The notes beneath the pieces are model-generated. The model saw nothing but the letters and a program-made list of their open reading frames with translations. It made no database searches and was not told the origin of the DNA. Below, piece by piece: positions 1-9,776 of a stretch of DNA of 64,000 bases. The position numbers and the translations under genes are program-made. The DNA is from Candidatus Pacearchaeota archaeon (lineage in GTDB: Archaea > Nanobdellota > Nanobdellia > Pacearchaeales > GW2011-AR1). Each line of letters starts with the position of its first letter. The stretch's first letter is position 1. The DNA lies in contig CAXNIJ010000002.1 in assembly GCA_964202455.1 (NCBI GenBank), positions 5,667 through 69,666 of the forward strand. The letters run 5' to 3'.

Positions 1-1079
1 ACAGATGAAGCTGGAGCATATAATGGTGTAAAAATAAAATTAGCTTTCTTAGTAATAATATTTATGGATTTTAACTTAACTGAAATATCCATTATATTAT
101 CGTCATTGATGTCAATAGACTTCTCATCTCCAACATTAAATACAAAAGTTTGCGGTTCACTCTTTATAGTCACAGTAGCAGTAGTGTCTGTAATTGAAAG
201 AACTGAAAAAGTATGGTTTATTGTTCCAAAACTAAATCTAACTGTAAAGTCTGCTCCCAACTCATAAGCAACTGCAGTTTTCAATTCTCCCAAAGTAGGT
301 GACGCGCCGCCGCCGCTTCCACCACCACCTCCGCTAGAACTACTAGAACTGCTACTTGAACAATCACTACAAGTAATAGTGTTACCAGAAGAAATCGTAG
401 TAGATGCAACCCCATTTGCTCCAGTTAAAGAAGCAGTAAGAGTATATCTACAATTTCCACTACCCATTGTTACAGTCCAAGCACTAGGAGTCCACTTTTG
501 CTGATCAAGTAATCCAGTAGTAGATCTTGTAGAACTCTGTATACCTATACTACATGCTCCAGAATCAACTACAAAGGTAAGTGTGGCATCAATATTACCT
601 CCAGCAGTAACTTCTGGTGTGACTGTAAAAGTATTTCCTGAAGTAGTACTAGAAACTGAATTCGTAACTCCGATACTAGCATCAATTATATTTTCTTTAA
701 CATTATTATCTGCGACCCATGTATCTGCTTGATTATCTAGTGTGATACGAGAAAATCCATTATTTCCGGACTTTGTTGCTCTTAAACCTGTGAAGGTCAC
801 TTCCGTAGTTTGTCCTGGACTTACACTAGATCCAGAATTTTTTAGATAATTTGTTTGCTCAAGCCAACTACTTGAATCTGGATAAAGTCTAACTTCATTT
901 ACGCTTCCAGAAGAATCTCCAACATTCTCAATTTGAGCCGTACAAGAAAACACGTCATTAATAACTGCCTCTGATGGAGTGCAAGAAAAAGTACTAATTG
1001 AAAAATCTGCAGCCCCAACAGCTAAATTTATACTCATAAAGACTACAAATGCAGAAAAAATCACAAATTGTTTTTTCAT
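1..1079 (-). CDS. Secreted S/T-rich surface protein, partial (runs off window start)
   Basis: Not in the ORF track. The ATG at 1079 overlaps the upstream gene's TGA (ATGA). Translates MKKQFVIFSAFVVFMSINLAVGAADFSISTFSC..., with a signal peptide, beta-rich segments and an SSSSSSSSGGGGG linker; no stop before position 1. Confidence 0.8.
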   Translation of the reverse strand, partial: MKKQFVIFSAFVVFMSINLAVGAADFSISTFSCTPSEAVINDVFSCTAQIENVGDSSGSVNEVRLYPDSSSWLEQTNYLKNSGSSVSPGQTTEVTFTGLRATKSGNNGFSRITLDNQADTWVADNNVKENIIDASIGVTNSVSSTTSGNTFTVTPEVTAGGNIDATLTFVVDSGACSIGIQSSTRSTTGLLDQQKWTPSAWTVTMGSGNCRYTLTASLTGANGVASTTISSGNTITCSDCSSSSSSSSSGGGGGSGGGASPTLGELKTAVAYELGADFTVRFSFGTINHTFSVLSITDTTATVTIKSEPQTFVFNVGDEKSIDINDDNIMDISVKLKSINIITKKANFIFTPLYAPASS

Positions 1080-4000
1080 GTTCTATACCTGAATGCAGCA
1101 AGGGCACTCCCAAAATTATTTTCTGAATCCCAACACCATATACCCATACCATAATCTTGATTTGTTGGCCAACCAGTTGTATTGAAGGTATAAGTATGGC
1201 TGGTCGAACCAGTTGTAAGGTAAGTTCCTGATCCCCATGTTGAAGTAGTTCCATTATAGGTGGAACGGTAATTATTTCCTAGATATTCATTATAATATCT
1301 TGTTCCATTATAACTATATAACGTAGTATTGCAGGCGCCCTTAGCTTGTGGAGTAGGAACAGTTGAATTACTCGAATTTGAAGACGTTGAATTCCATCCA
1401 CCACAATACCAACTATATGCATTCTGATAATTAGCCAAACTTAAAGAACATTGAGCACTTAAGGAAGTAGTTATACTAAAAGTAAGATTTGTAGCATTAT
1501 AAGTTGCATTGTTGAGAGGAGATATTACTGTTACGTTTGGAACAACAAAAGACTTCACTTTTGTGCTTCCTCCAGTAATTGTAGCAGTTCCAGAACTTCC
1601 GCTAACAACTGCTTTTAATGCGTAATCTCCCTTTGTCCATCCTCCAGAAGGGGCTTTAATAGTTATAACACTACCTGCTGCTGCAGTTGATCTTCCATCT
1701 CCACTTACAACCGCCCAATTAGAACTACTAGGCGTAGTATAAGATCTACAAGTTTCACTATAACAATTTGATGATGTTGAAGAATATTGAATACTGGAAA
1801 TATTAAGAGCAACACCGCTATAACTACTATCTCTAGCAAATAATTTAATAGTCATATTTTCTGTAGTATTAAAATAATATTTCCAATTACCATTAGTATC
1901 TTGGCTAGTGAAATATCCATTATACGCATCTTTTCCTTCAAAATAGATTCCACTCCAATCTTGTAATGTGGAAGTGGCATCTGTCGTCTTTGCCCAATCT
2001 GCTTGTAGATAATTATATCCTACTTTCCATCCAGTACTAGGGGGCCAGATAGTTACATTCTGTAATCCAGTAATATTACACTGTCCAGAAACGTTAGACC
2101 AACAATTCCCAACACTAAATATATACTCTTGCTTAACACTGCTATATTGAGTTGTTGAATCAGATCTTAATTGATAAATTTTAGTTAAGTTACCGGTGGT
2201 CGAAGATCCAGTAGTAGATCTAGAAATATTAACTGGAACAGTTAGATTTGCTGTAGAACCTTTACTTGTTCCACCTATAACGCTGCCCCAGGCTATTTGG
2301 AAAGGAATGGTTCTAAAAGATAACCAACCGACATTAGATTCTTCCGTAACATTATTCTTTACTAAAACATTCAAATAATGATATCCTCCCCAACTTCCTG
2401 CTCCCCAAGAACCAGAATTAGGACAGAAGACTGCGCCAATAGTCGCATTGAAAGTTGAATTTGTAAAATTAGTATAACTAATCACACTGTTACTTCCCCC
2501 ATTATAACTTGTCTCACTCACACTTGCAATAGAATAATTGTGCCCTCTAAGTAATGAAGAAGAACTCCAGTCAGGATCATAAACATTAATTGTAGCATTG
2601 ATACACTGATCAGTGTCTAAACTGTATGTACTAGAACTCATTTGAACTCTAAATGGCTGAACATTAAACCAAAGCCAGCTATTCGAAGTTTCACTCTGTG
2701 CATTTTTAAGCGTAACTTCTCCCCAATAATATCCGCTAGGCCAAGTTCCATTAGAAAATGAAATATTTAATAATCCACTTCCATTAACTCCTAAAGTCGG
2801 AATACTCAAACTAGTTGGATAAGAATATTCTAATTGTTTCTGTGCAGTCTGATCCCATAAACGTAATGTCGCAGCAGTTACAGTAGTATTAACATAATCT
2901 GTAGTATTATAACGAATCAGATTATTTGAGAAATAATATCCAGACTTATAACTCTTGACACTAGTAATATTAAAGTAAGCTGGTTGATTACCGCGAATAC
3001 TATACTTGTATGTAGATCCATTTCTATCTACTGGCTGAGTTTCTGTATAAAATGCGATTGTATTAAACCATGCAGATCCAGTATCCGATCCATTAATATC
3101 TAAAACCACTGAATAATATCCGGTATTCCAACTACCTTTAGTACTATTAATCCAGATAATATAATTACTTTGATTTAGAGATGCACTCCAATACCATGGA
3201 CTAGATTCATTAACGCGAATACTAGTTGCGGTATAATCGCTAGAATTTAATTCTTTACATGGCCAACTTCTACAGTCTTGAATCTTCTTTACGCTAATAG
3301 AAATATTATTGCTCATATTTCCAACTCCAATACTTTGTCCACGTTGAGCATTATAATTATAATCTCCAGCTTTAGAAACTTTTACATAGAGAGAGATATT
3401 TTCTTTAGAATTGAAATAGCTCTTATAACTGCATCCGAATGTTGTGCACTCAATAGGCATCCCATAAACATCAAAGAGTTTAACTCCAAACCAAGCATAT
3501 CCATAATCACTATCTCCGGAAGTCGTAGTTGCTTGCATAACTACTCTATAATTTCCACTCTTCCAAGAACCGTCAGTATTAAAAGAGGATGGAAGACTTA
3601 TAGTTCCAGATCCAGAAGTAATCGTGGATGAATTTAAAGCTGAAGCATTATAATCTGAAGAAACTGGTGGCCAAACCCATTCTCCATCTCTTCCCATATA
3701 CTCAATCTTCTTCACTGTAACAGTTCCGCCTAAACCTCCAGTACCTCCACCACCCCACCAATTCCCTCCAGCTTCATAAATTTGAACATTTAGAGTAATA
3801 TTACTGCCTGGATTATTTTGCCAAGTTGAAGCATATCCATAAATATAAAATGAACGAGCCTCAAATTGAGAAGTTGCAACACCGCTAGTTCCATCGGTAC
3901 CAGCTATAGAAAAAGAAACACTATTTAGTCCACCGTCCCATTTAGTCAATGGTTGTATGGTGCAACTATATGTACCTGAACTATCGCTAGCTTGACAAAC

Positions 4001-6076
4001 AGAACTAGTAGTATTGATATTTTGCAAAACTCCAGATTCAGTATTACGGACTGCTAAAACTAACAATGTGGCATTAGTGACTGCTTGTTTTGTCGTAGTA
4101 TCTACAGTACATGCACTACCTAATCCGCCAGCACTAGAATTACCTGCGCTATTATTTAGTGCAGTGGCTCGACCTGTAGGGTTACTTGCCTGTAATATCT
4201 TAATCTCGAAATAAATAGAGTCTGTTTTCTTAAATTGCTTGGTATAATAATTGCCGCTTGTAACTGATCCAGGAGTATCTTTAGCAGAACTACAAATTTC
4301 AAATGGGTTAATAATAAACCTTGAAGTCGTACCAAAAGTTTTATTATTTCCAAATAAAGTTATAGAATACATTCCTCCAGTTTTAGGAGCATCAATTTTT
4401 AAACGTTGTGAAGTCACATTCCATGCCCATTCATTAACAGTATTACTTGAATTCACTACGCTCCAATTTGCAACTTGAGTATAATTTAGTTCAGTACCAT
4501 TCATGTAAGTAATGCTAAAGAGTTCACTATCACTTATATTGAAGAAAGAAGAAGAATTGTAATTAGTAAAAGTAAGATAAACATAATCATTGGCTCCAAA
4601 AAGTTCCTTAATTGTACCTTCCATATCTGTAGATTGTACAGACATTACTCCAGAGATAACATTCAGAACTTGACCCTTAGTTTGAGTGCTTCCAGAAAAA
4701 GACAATGAAGTATAAAGAGTGTACTTACCTGGCAAAGAAGAAGCATTGATATAAAATTCATAACATCCCGCTTTAGCACAAGTAGAATTCCAAGAAACAT
4801 TACGACTATCAACTAAATTATTTAGTCCATCTTTTAAACTAACACTAAAGAAAGTTTCATTAATTCCGGGAATGACTGAACCATTAGTTCTATACGTCGG
4901 ATAAACTTCAAAATATAATGTCTTATTTGGAAAAGCGCTAAAGTCATATTCGAACCCTGAAGAAGTTGAGCGTTTATTAATTGAAAGAACCCAATCTTTA
5001 ACTTCAAAAACTGCATAACTTGTAATGACGGATCCTCCTTCTTTCTGTAAAGAAATTATGGCTCGATATGCCCCATAACTAAAAGTAAGTGCATCAAAAG
5101 TAAATGTAAAAGTATTTGTGAATGAATTATTACTGTTTAAAGAAGTTGAGTTAATAGTCTTAACTACGTTTCCCGAAGAATCCACAATATAACCTGAAAA
5201 ATTATAAACATCTGAAGTAAATGAAGTATTAACAACATTAACTTCAACGCTGCCCTGTTCAGCTATGGCAAATACATTCTTAACTGATTTTCCCAGTTCA
5301 TCTTTCATATATATCGCATAGTTATAAGGAACAACGTAAAATGAACCGAAAGACTTAAAGTTACCCAGTTCAACAATATATTTTCCTGAAGTAGATTGAG
5401 CACTAACACTTACTGTACATTTTCCATTACTTCCAGTTGTACAACTAAAATTACTTCCAATTTGAGAAAGAGTGGAATTTCGTACGCTACCATTGATAGT
5501 TACATTACTCACATATAATGTATTGTCTCCAACAACTCTAACTGCTTCGACTTGAATAACTACTGTATCTCCAGAAGTATATGTTGCCTTTTCAGTACTT
5601 ATTCGTAAACTATCAACACTTTGATTCACCACTTGAAATTCAACACTAGAAACCCATCGGGTACTATTAGGATCCGTATAAGCTGCAGTCAAATAATAAT
5701 ATCCTGTTGAAAGTGGGGCATTTACTAAAACGCTGCTAGACGAATAAGAACTTCTTGAATAAAAATATCCGCTAGAATCTGTGACCATCGAATAATTCGC
5801 ATAAAAAGTGCCGTTCTTATTGACGATAGTGACATTCACATTTTGACTAGTTGCAATAACATTGGAACTCACAAGAGTCCCATTAGAAGAATAATTTGAC
5901 TGAATTATTTTTCCCTTGAGGGTAATATTCTCATTAGTAAAAAAAACTCCGTCTGGTAAAGAAATTGAAACATCTGCAAAATAACCATTTGCACTAACTG
6001 ATGAAATAAGAGATAAAATAGTAATTAAATTAAAAAATGACAATCCGACGAGAAAACTCAATTTTTTCAAATTCAT
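1076..6076 (-). CDS. Very large secreted/surface glycoprotein (1666 aa, Ig-like/MG2-like repeats)
   Basis: N-terminal signal peptide; S/T/N/G/Y/W-rich; very many N-x-S/T sequons; 'ISTEKATYTSGDTVVI' resembles the MG2/Ig-domain motif. Confidence 0.8.
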   Translation of the reverse strand: MNLKKLSFLVGLSFFNLITILSLISSVSANGYFADVSISLPDGVFFTNENITLKGKIIQSNYSSNGTLVSSNVIATSQNVNVTIVNKNGTFYANYSMVTDSSGYFYSRSSYSSSSVLVNAPLSTGYYYLTAAYTDPNSTRWVSSVEFQVVNQSVDSLRISTEKATYTSGDTVVIQVEAVRVVGDNTLYVSNVTINGSVRNSTLSQIGSNFSCTTGSNGKCTVSVSAQSTSGKYIVELGNFKSFGSFYVVPYNYAIYMKDELGKSVKNVFAIAEQGSVEVNVVNTSFTSDVYNFSGYIVDSSGNVVKTINSTSLNSNNSFTNTFTFTFDALTFSYGAYRAIISLQKEGGSVITSYAVFEVKDWVLSINKRSTSSGFEYDFSAFPNKTLYFEVYPTYRTNGSVIPGINETFFSVSLKDGLNNLVDSRNVSWNSTCAKAGCYEFYINASSLPGKYTLYTSLSFSGSTQTKGQVLNVISGVMSVQSTDMEGTIKELFGANDYVYLTFTNYNSSSFFNISDSELFSITYMNGTELNYTQVANWSVVNSSNTVNEWAWNVTSQRLKIDAPKTGGMYSITLFGNNKTFGTTSRFIINPFEICSSAKDTPGSVTSGNYYTKQFKKTDSIYFEIKILQASNPTGRATALNNSAGNSSAGGLGSACTVDTTTKQAVTNATLLVLAVRNTESGVLQNINTTSSVCQASDSSGTYSCTIQPLTKWDGGLNSVSFSIAGTDGTSGVATSQFEARSFYIYGYASTWQNNPGSNITLNVQIYEAGGNWWGGGGTGGLGGTVTVKKIEYMGRDGEWVWPPVSSDYNASALNSSTITSGSGTISLPSSFNTDGSWKSGNYRVVMQATTTSGDSDYGYAWFGVKLFDVYGMPIECTTFGCSYKSYFNSKENISLYVKVSKAGDYNYNAQRGQSIGVGNMSNNISISVKKIQDCRSWPCKELNSSDYTATSIRVNESSPWYWSASLNQSNYIIWINSTKGSWNTGYYSVVLDINGSDTGSAWFNTIAFYTETQPVDRNGSTYKYSIRGNQPAYFNITSVKSYKSGYYFSNNLIRYNTTDYVNTTVTAATLRLWDQTAQKQLEYSYPTSLSIPTLGVNGSGLLNISFSNGTWPSGYYWGEVTLKNAQSETSNSWLWFNVQPFRVQMSSSTYSLDTDQCINATINVYDPDWSSSSLLRGHNYSIASVSETSYNGGSNSVISYTNFTNSTFNATIGAVFCPNSGSWGAGSWGGYHYLNVLVKNNVTEESNVGWLSFRTIPFQIAWGSVIGGTSKGSTANLTVPVNISRSTTGSSTTGNLTKIYQLRSDSTTQYSSVKQEYIFSVGNCWSNVSGQCNITGLQNVTIWPPSTGWKVGYNYLQADWAKTTDATSTLQDWSGIYFEGKDAYNGYFTSQDTNGNWKYYFNTTENMTIKLFARDSSYSGVALNISSIQYSSTSSNCYSETCRSYTTPSSSNWAVVSGDGRSTAAAGSVITIKAPSGGWTKGDYALKAVVSGSSGTATITGGSTKVKSFVVPNVTVISPLNNATYNATNLTFSITTSLSAQCSLSLANYQNAYSWYCGGWNSTSSNSSNSTVPTPQAKGACNTTLYSYNGTRYYNEYLGNNYRSTYNGTTSTWGSGTYLTTGSTSHTYTFNTTGWPTNQDYGMGIWCWDSENNFGSALAAFRYRT

Positions 6077-6264
6077 ACACCTTTTTTACTACTCCAACAA
6101 AATCTCTCAGATATATAAATCTTTTCTCACATCATTAAAAATATTATTTTTAAATTTTCGCAGATTATTTTTGTATTTTTAAAATATTATTTGCTAGTTT
6201 TATACAAATTTCTACAAAATGTTGCAGGCGCAACCTTTTTAAATCGCTTTTTTCTGCTTAGAGT

Positions 6265-6867
6265 ATGTTCTATCTTGTAGAAGTCGAAGATCATATTCGT
6301 GTAGAGCCAAGGCACTTTGGTCTTCCAACAAAAGAAGCAGTAGAAAGACAACTCAAAGAAAGTTATGTTAATAGTGTAACCAAGGAGCTCGGTTTTGTTA
6401 TCAATGTAGTTTCTGTAGACAGTGTTGAAGACGGAGTTATTATTCCAGGAGATGGAGCTCCATTTTATCGCTCATTATTTAAATTATTAATTTGGAAACC
6501 TGAATTACACGAATTAGTTCATGGTACAATAGTAGAAATTGCTAATTTCGGTGCATTTATTCAGATTGGTCCGGCTCAAGGAATGATTCATATTTCTCAG
6601 ACTATGGAAGATTATGTATCTGTTAGCAAAACAGGTACGCTCTCTGGAAAAATGAGTAAGCGAAGTATTTCAAAAGGAGACGAATGCATCGCGCGCATTG
6701 TCGCAATTAGTTATAAATCTGGAGAACCTAAAATAGGACTTACAATGCGTCAACCCGGCCTAGGAAAAATAGAATGGGCTAAAGAAGACAAGAGAAAGAG
6801 AGAAGGTGCAGCAAAAGCACTAGCAAAGAAAGGCGAGAAAAACGAAAAGAAAGGGGGCAAGAAATAA
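6265..6867 (+). CDS. rpoE1: RNA polymerase subunit E' (Rpo7)
   Basis: GVIIPGDGA motif, S1 domain FGAFIQIGP, KIGLTMRQPGLGK; canonical gene order. Confidence 0.97.
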   Translation: MFYLVEVEDHIRVEPRHFGLPTKEAVERQLKESYVNSVTKELGFVINVVSVDSVEDGVIIPGDGAPFYRSLFKLLIWKPELHELVHGTIVEIANFGAFIQIGPAQGMIHISQTMEDYVSVSKTGTLSGKMSKRSISKGDECIARIVAISYKSGEPKIGLTMRQPGLGKIEWAKEDKRKREGAAKALAKKGEKNEKKGGKK

Positions 6868-7058
6868 TGCCTCCGCACAAAGTCTGTAAGCAATGCAAAA
6901 CCATCATTGAACATGGAGCAAAATGTCCTGAATGTGGTTCAGATGAAATAGGAGAATCATTTAAAGGAAGAGTAGCGATTCTAGATCCAGAACAATCGGA
7001 AATTGCAAAGAATTTAAAATTAAATAAAAAAGGCGTTTATGCCGTGAGAACAGGATGA
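6867..7058 (+). CDS. spt4: Transcription elongation factor Spt4 (RpoE'')
   Basis: CxxC...CPxCGS zinc ribbon; ILDPEQSEIAK...GVYAVR; follows rpoE'. Confidence 0.95.
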   Translation: MPPHKVCKQCKTIIEHGAKCPECGSDEIGESFKGRVAILDPEQSEIAKNLKLNKKGVYAVRTG

Positions 7059-7330
7059 ATATCTTAAAACAGACCAATAACCCAATTTTGAAAAGAAAAG
7101 AAATAGAGGCAACAATGGAATCCTCAAGTAATCCTGGATTTCAAAAAGTAACACAACTTCTAGCAGAAGAACTAAAAGCCCCTGCAGAAACGATCGTACT
7201 AAGAGCAGTAAGGGGAAATTTTGGAACAAATCAATTTCTAATTGAAGCATTTATTTATGAAAATGTTCAAGATAAAGAAAGAATAGAACCTAAGAAGAAA
7301 GTAAAGAAAAAAGTTGAGGGGGCTGCATAA
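7055..7330 (+). CDS. rps24e: 30S ribosomal protein S24e
   Basis: NPILKRKEI...GNFG...IYE pattern and operon position. Confidence 0.9.
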   Translation: MNILKQTNNPILKRKEIEATMESSSNPGFQKVTQLLAEELKAPAETIVLRAVRGNFGTNQFLIEAFIYENVQDKERIEPKKKVKKKVEGAA

Positions 7331-7542
7331 TGAGTGAGAGAGGCGGAGGAACGCAAAAGGGTGGTGAAGGAAAGAAACCCCATATAAACAAACCAACAAG
7401 TGAGAAATACAAAATGTACACTATTGATGGAGATAAAATAAAACGTAGAGCGAACTGTCCAAGATGCGGTCCAGGAATTTTCTTAGCTAATCATAAAGGT
7501 AGATTAACTTGTGGTAAATGCAAATATACTGAATTTAAATAA
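7330..7542 (+). CDS. rps27ae: 30S ribosomal protein S27ae
   Basis: [26 protein letters not shown]. Confidence 0.96.
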   Translation: MSERGGGTQKGGEGKKPHINKPTSEKYKMYTIDGDKIKRRANCPRCGPGIFLANHKGRLTCGKCKYTEFK

Positions 7543-7568
7543 TAAAATTTACGTATTCAAAGTTCCCT

Positions 7569-8255
7569 TTATTTTTCACTTGGTGATTCAACTTTATCTT
7601 CCTTATATTCAATATAAAAGTTACCTCTTCCAATAACTACTCCTTTTCCAAAGTCTTGTTCGACAATACATTCAAAAGAATATAATCTCTTTCCACTAAT
7701 TAATTCTTCAGGGTCGACCTTATTAATTCCATTGGAAGTATTAAATTTTACACGATTAATAGAATTTAATATTCCTTCTCTAAAATGTCTAGGTTTAAAA
7801 GTAAATACCCCTAAAGGTTTTCCCTTGTAAGAGTTACTTGAATTTTTATCAGAACAATCCAAACTTTGATTAAGTAAAATTGCATCAGTATAAGTGTCTC
7901 TGAATATCACTCTAAATTTCTTACCCCAACATTTATCTTCTGGAATAAATACTCCGACAACGGCCTCTGGGGGAATATTTTGAACAGTCATAAATGGTAA
8001 AAAATTTGAGAATTCTCCATAATCTCTTTTCCCATTTCTATTTTCATCCAAAAAATAGCCAATAGTTGCATAATCAATAATTAGTTTTCTTTCGAGATTA
8101 ATATCTTCATTTGGACGCAAAACAGAAGGAATATTTGTACTTGAACTAAAATCTCTTAGATTTAAAATTCCAGACTTACCTAGGTCTCCCAAGACAGTTG
8201 AAACTGTCAATGCTGCAAGGACAGTATTTTCTGCTAAACGTTTAACTAAACTCAT
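7569..8255 (-). CDS. Hypothetical exported protein
   Basis: 228-aa ORF with hydrophobic N-terminus, a DENRNGKRDYGE Ca-binding-like loop and its own upstream TATA-like box. Confidence 0.6.
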   Translation of the reverse strand: MSLVKRLAENTVLAALTVSTVLGDLGKSGILNLRDFSSSTNIPSVLRPNEDINLERKLIIDYATIGYFLDENRNGKRDYGEFSNFLPFMTVQNIPPEAVVGVFIPEDKCWGKKFRVIFRDTYTDAILLNQSLDCSDKNSSNSYKGKPLGVFTFKPRHFREGILNSINRVKFNTSNGINKVDPEELISGKRLYSFECIVEQDFGKGVVIGRGNFYIEYKEDKVESPSEK

Positions 8256-8310
8256 AATTTGAGCAATAAATGGGTCTTTAAGAGCCTTGCGGTAACACTC
8301 GTTTTTGGAT

Positions 8311-8362
8311 GCTGAGAGAACTCAGAGTTCTCGAAGCGTTCAGAAACAAGATGTTTCTGACG
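8311..8362. repeat. Dispersed tandem-hairpin repeat, type A
   Basis: Minus strand reads CGTCAGAAAC-ATCTT-GTTTCTGA-ACGCTTC-GAGAACTC-T-GAGTTCTC-TCAGC; related copies at 37083 and 47906. Confidence 0.8.
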
Positions 8363-8401
8363 AGCTGCGGAGTATGTCTACTCAAAATGTAATAAAAATT
8401 A

Positions 8402-8693
8402 ATCACCTCCCTATCTGATTCGGATATACTCTTCTGCCTTAACTAAGGACTTAGTGAAGAGTCTTGAAGAATCAGGAATTTTTTTATTCTTGAGTTCCAT
8501 CGTGAATTAAAAAATTCACGAGGAATCATACATTCATTCGGATAAACACTCGTGCCTTATACAAAGGTCTTGTGTTGAGTGTTTTGAAGAATAAATCTTA
8601 ACGCATACAATATCAAGTTTCAAACCCATAGAGAGGAGGCTTCACCAATCAAAAAGAGCGATGAAACGTCCTCTCCTGGGAAAAAGAGGTGAT
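8402..8693 (-). ncRNA. Candidate structured ncRNA (~290 nt) of unknown family, with a duplicated domain
   Basis: Paired termini ATCACCTC/GAGGTGAT, four internal stem-loop domains (two are covarying copies), no ORF, and a BRE/TATA at 8715-8730 spaced like the tRNA promoters in this window. Strand is not fully certain. Confidence 0.6.
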
Positions 8694-8714
8694 ACTTATA
8701 CTATATCTAGTGGC

Positions 8715-8730
8715 TATTTAAATCTTTCGG
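8715..8730 (-). promoter_or_regulatory. BRE-TATA promoter pointing into the 8402-8693 element
   Basis: Minus strand CCGAAAGA-TTTAAATA; scpA has its own separate TATA near 8780. Confidence 0.65.
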
Positions 8731-8808
8731 TCTGTTGTAACTATTAAATGAAAACATTTACTCTGAATAAATAAGAAGGCATATAAAGAACGGGAAATTC
8801 CACAATTA

Positions 8809-9774
8809 ATGGATGAAGAGGAGTTTTCTCAAGAAATTAATGAAAAAGAAAAACCGCCTGTACAAAAAATCGGACAAGAACAAATTCACGGCTTATTATT
8901 TAGTGATTCACTTAGCTGGCAATCAATAATTTACGATTTAATAAATACTGAACAACTTGATCCTTGGGACATTGACTTATCTATTTTATCACAAAAGTAT
9001 CTAGGAAAAATAAAGTTATTAGAAGAAGAAAACTTCTTTATTTCAAGTAAAGTTCTTCTTGCAGCCGCGCTTTTATTACGTTTGAAATCAGAAATTCTTC
9101 TTAATCAGGATATTCCTGGTCTTGACGCAATATTATATGGTCATAAAGAAGATAAAAAATATCATCAGGAGAGAATAGAACTTGATGGTGAAATTCCCGG
9201 CCTGATGGTACGTACTCCACTTCCTCGATACAAAAAAGTAACTCTGGAAGAATTAATGCATGCTCTAGGAAAAGCAATTAAAACTGAAAATAGGCGCATT
9301 AGAAGAATTGTCATAACCAAACAACAAGAATTTGAAACTTCGCTTTCTATGCCAAAAACTAAGGTCAATCTTAAAGACCAAATTACAAGTATTTATAGAA
9401 GATTAAAAGAAATTTTCTCAAAAAGAGACACTCGCTACCCTTTCTCAGAATTAGCTGGTAAAAGTACAGAGGAAAAAGTAGCCGTATTTGTCCCTCTTCT
9501 CCATCTAGACAATCAACAAAAAGTCTGGCTAGAACAAGATCAACATTTTGAAGAAATTTGGATTCTTCTCAAACATATTTATGAAAAACAAAATGCCGAA
9601 GAACTAGCCAGCATGAAAAAAGAAGCTGAATCTCAAGCAATTCTCGAGATGAAAGACTTCACTCCAGAAGAACTAGCTCGCGCAGAAAAAGTCGAAGAAG
9701 ATTTTAATGATCCCTTGGGTCAAAATACAAAAGAAAATTCACGTCTAGATAATTCCGATGAAGATGAAGAATAA
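8809..9774 (+). CDS. scpA: Segregation and condensation protein A (kleisin)
   Basis: LDPWDIDL, LLAAALLLRLKSE, VTLEELMHAL, FVPLLHL...LEQDQHFEEI. Confidence 0.92.
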   Translation: MDEEEFSQEINEKEKPPVQKIGQEQIHGLLFSDSLSWQSIIYDLINTEQLDPWDIDLSILSQKYLGKIKLLEEENFFISSKVLLAAALLLRLKSEILLNQDIPGLDAILYGHKEDKKYHQERIELDGEIPGLMVRTPLPRYKKVTLEELMHALGKAIKTENRRIRRIVITKQQEFETSLSMPKTKVNLKDQITSIYRRLKEIFSKRDTRYPFSELAGKSTEEKVAVFVPLLHLDNQQKVWLEQDQHFEEIWILLKHIYEKQNAEELASMKKEAESQAILEMKDFTPEELARAEKVEEDFNDPLGQNTKENSRLDNSDEDEE

Positions 9775-9776
9775 AC

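Noticed and set aside
8402-8693. SRP RNA, RNase P RNA or glycine riboswitch identity for the structured element
   Set aside because: Size and paired ends fit SRP RNA, but there is no helix-8 CAGG/GNRA/AGCAG motif, no GAGGAAAGUCC, and no GGAGA/CCGAAG/CUCAGG aptamer core on either strand.
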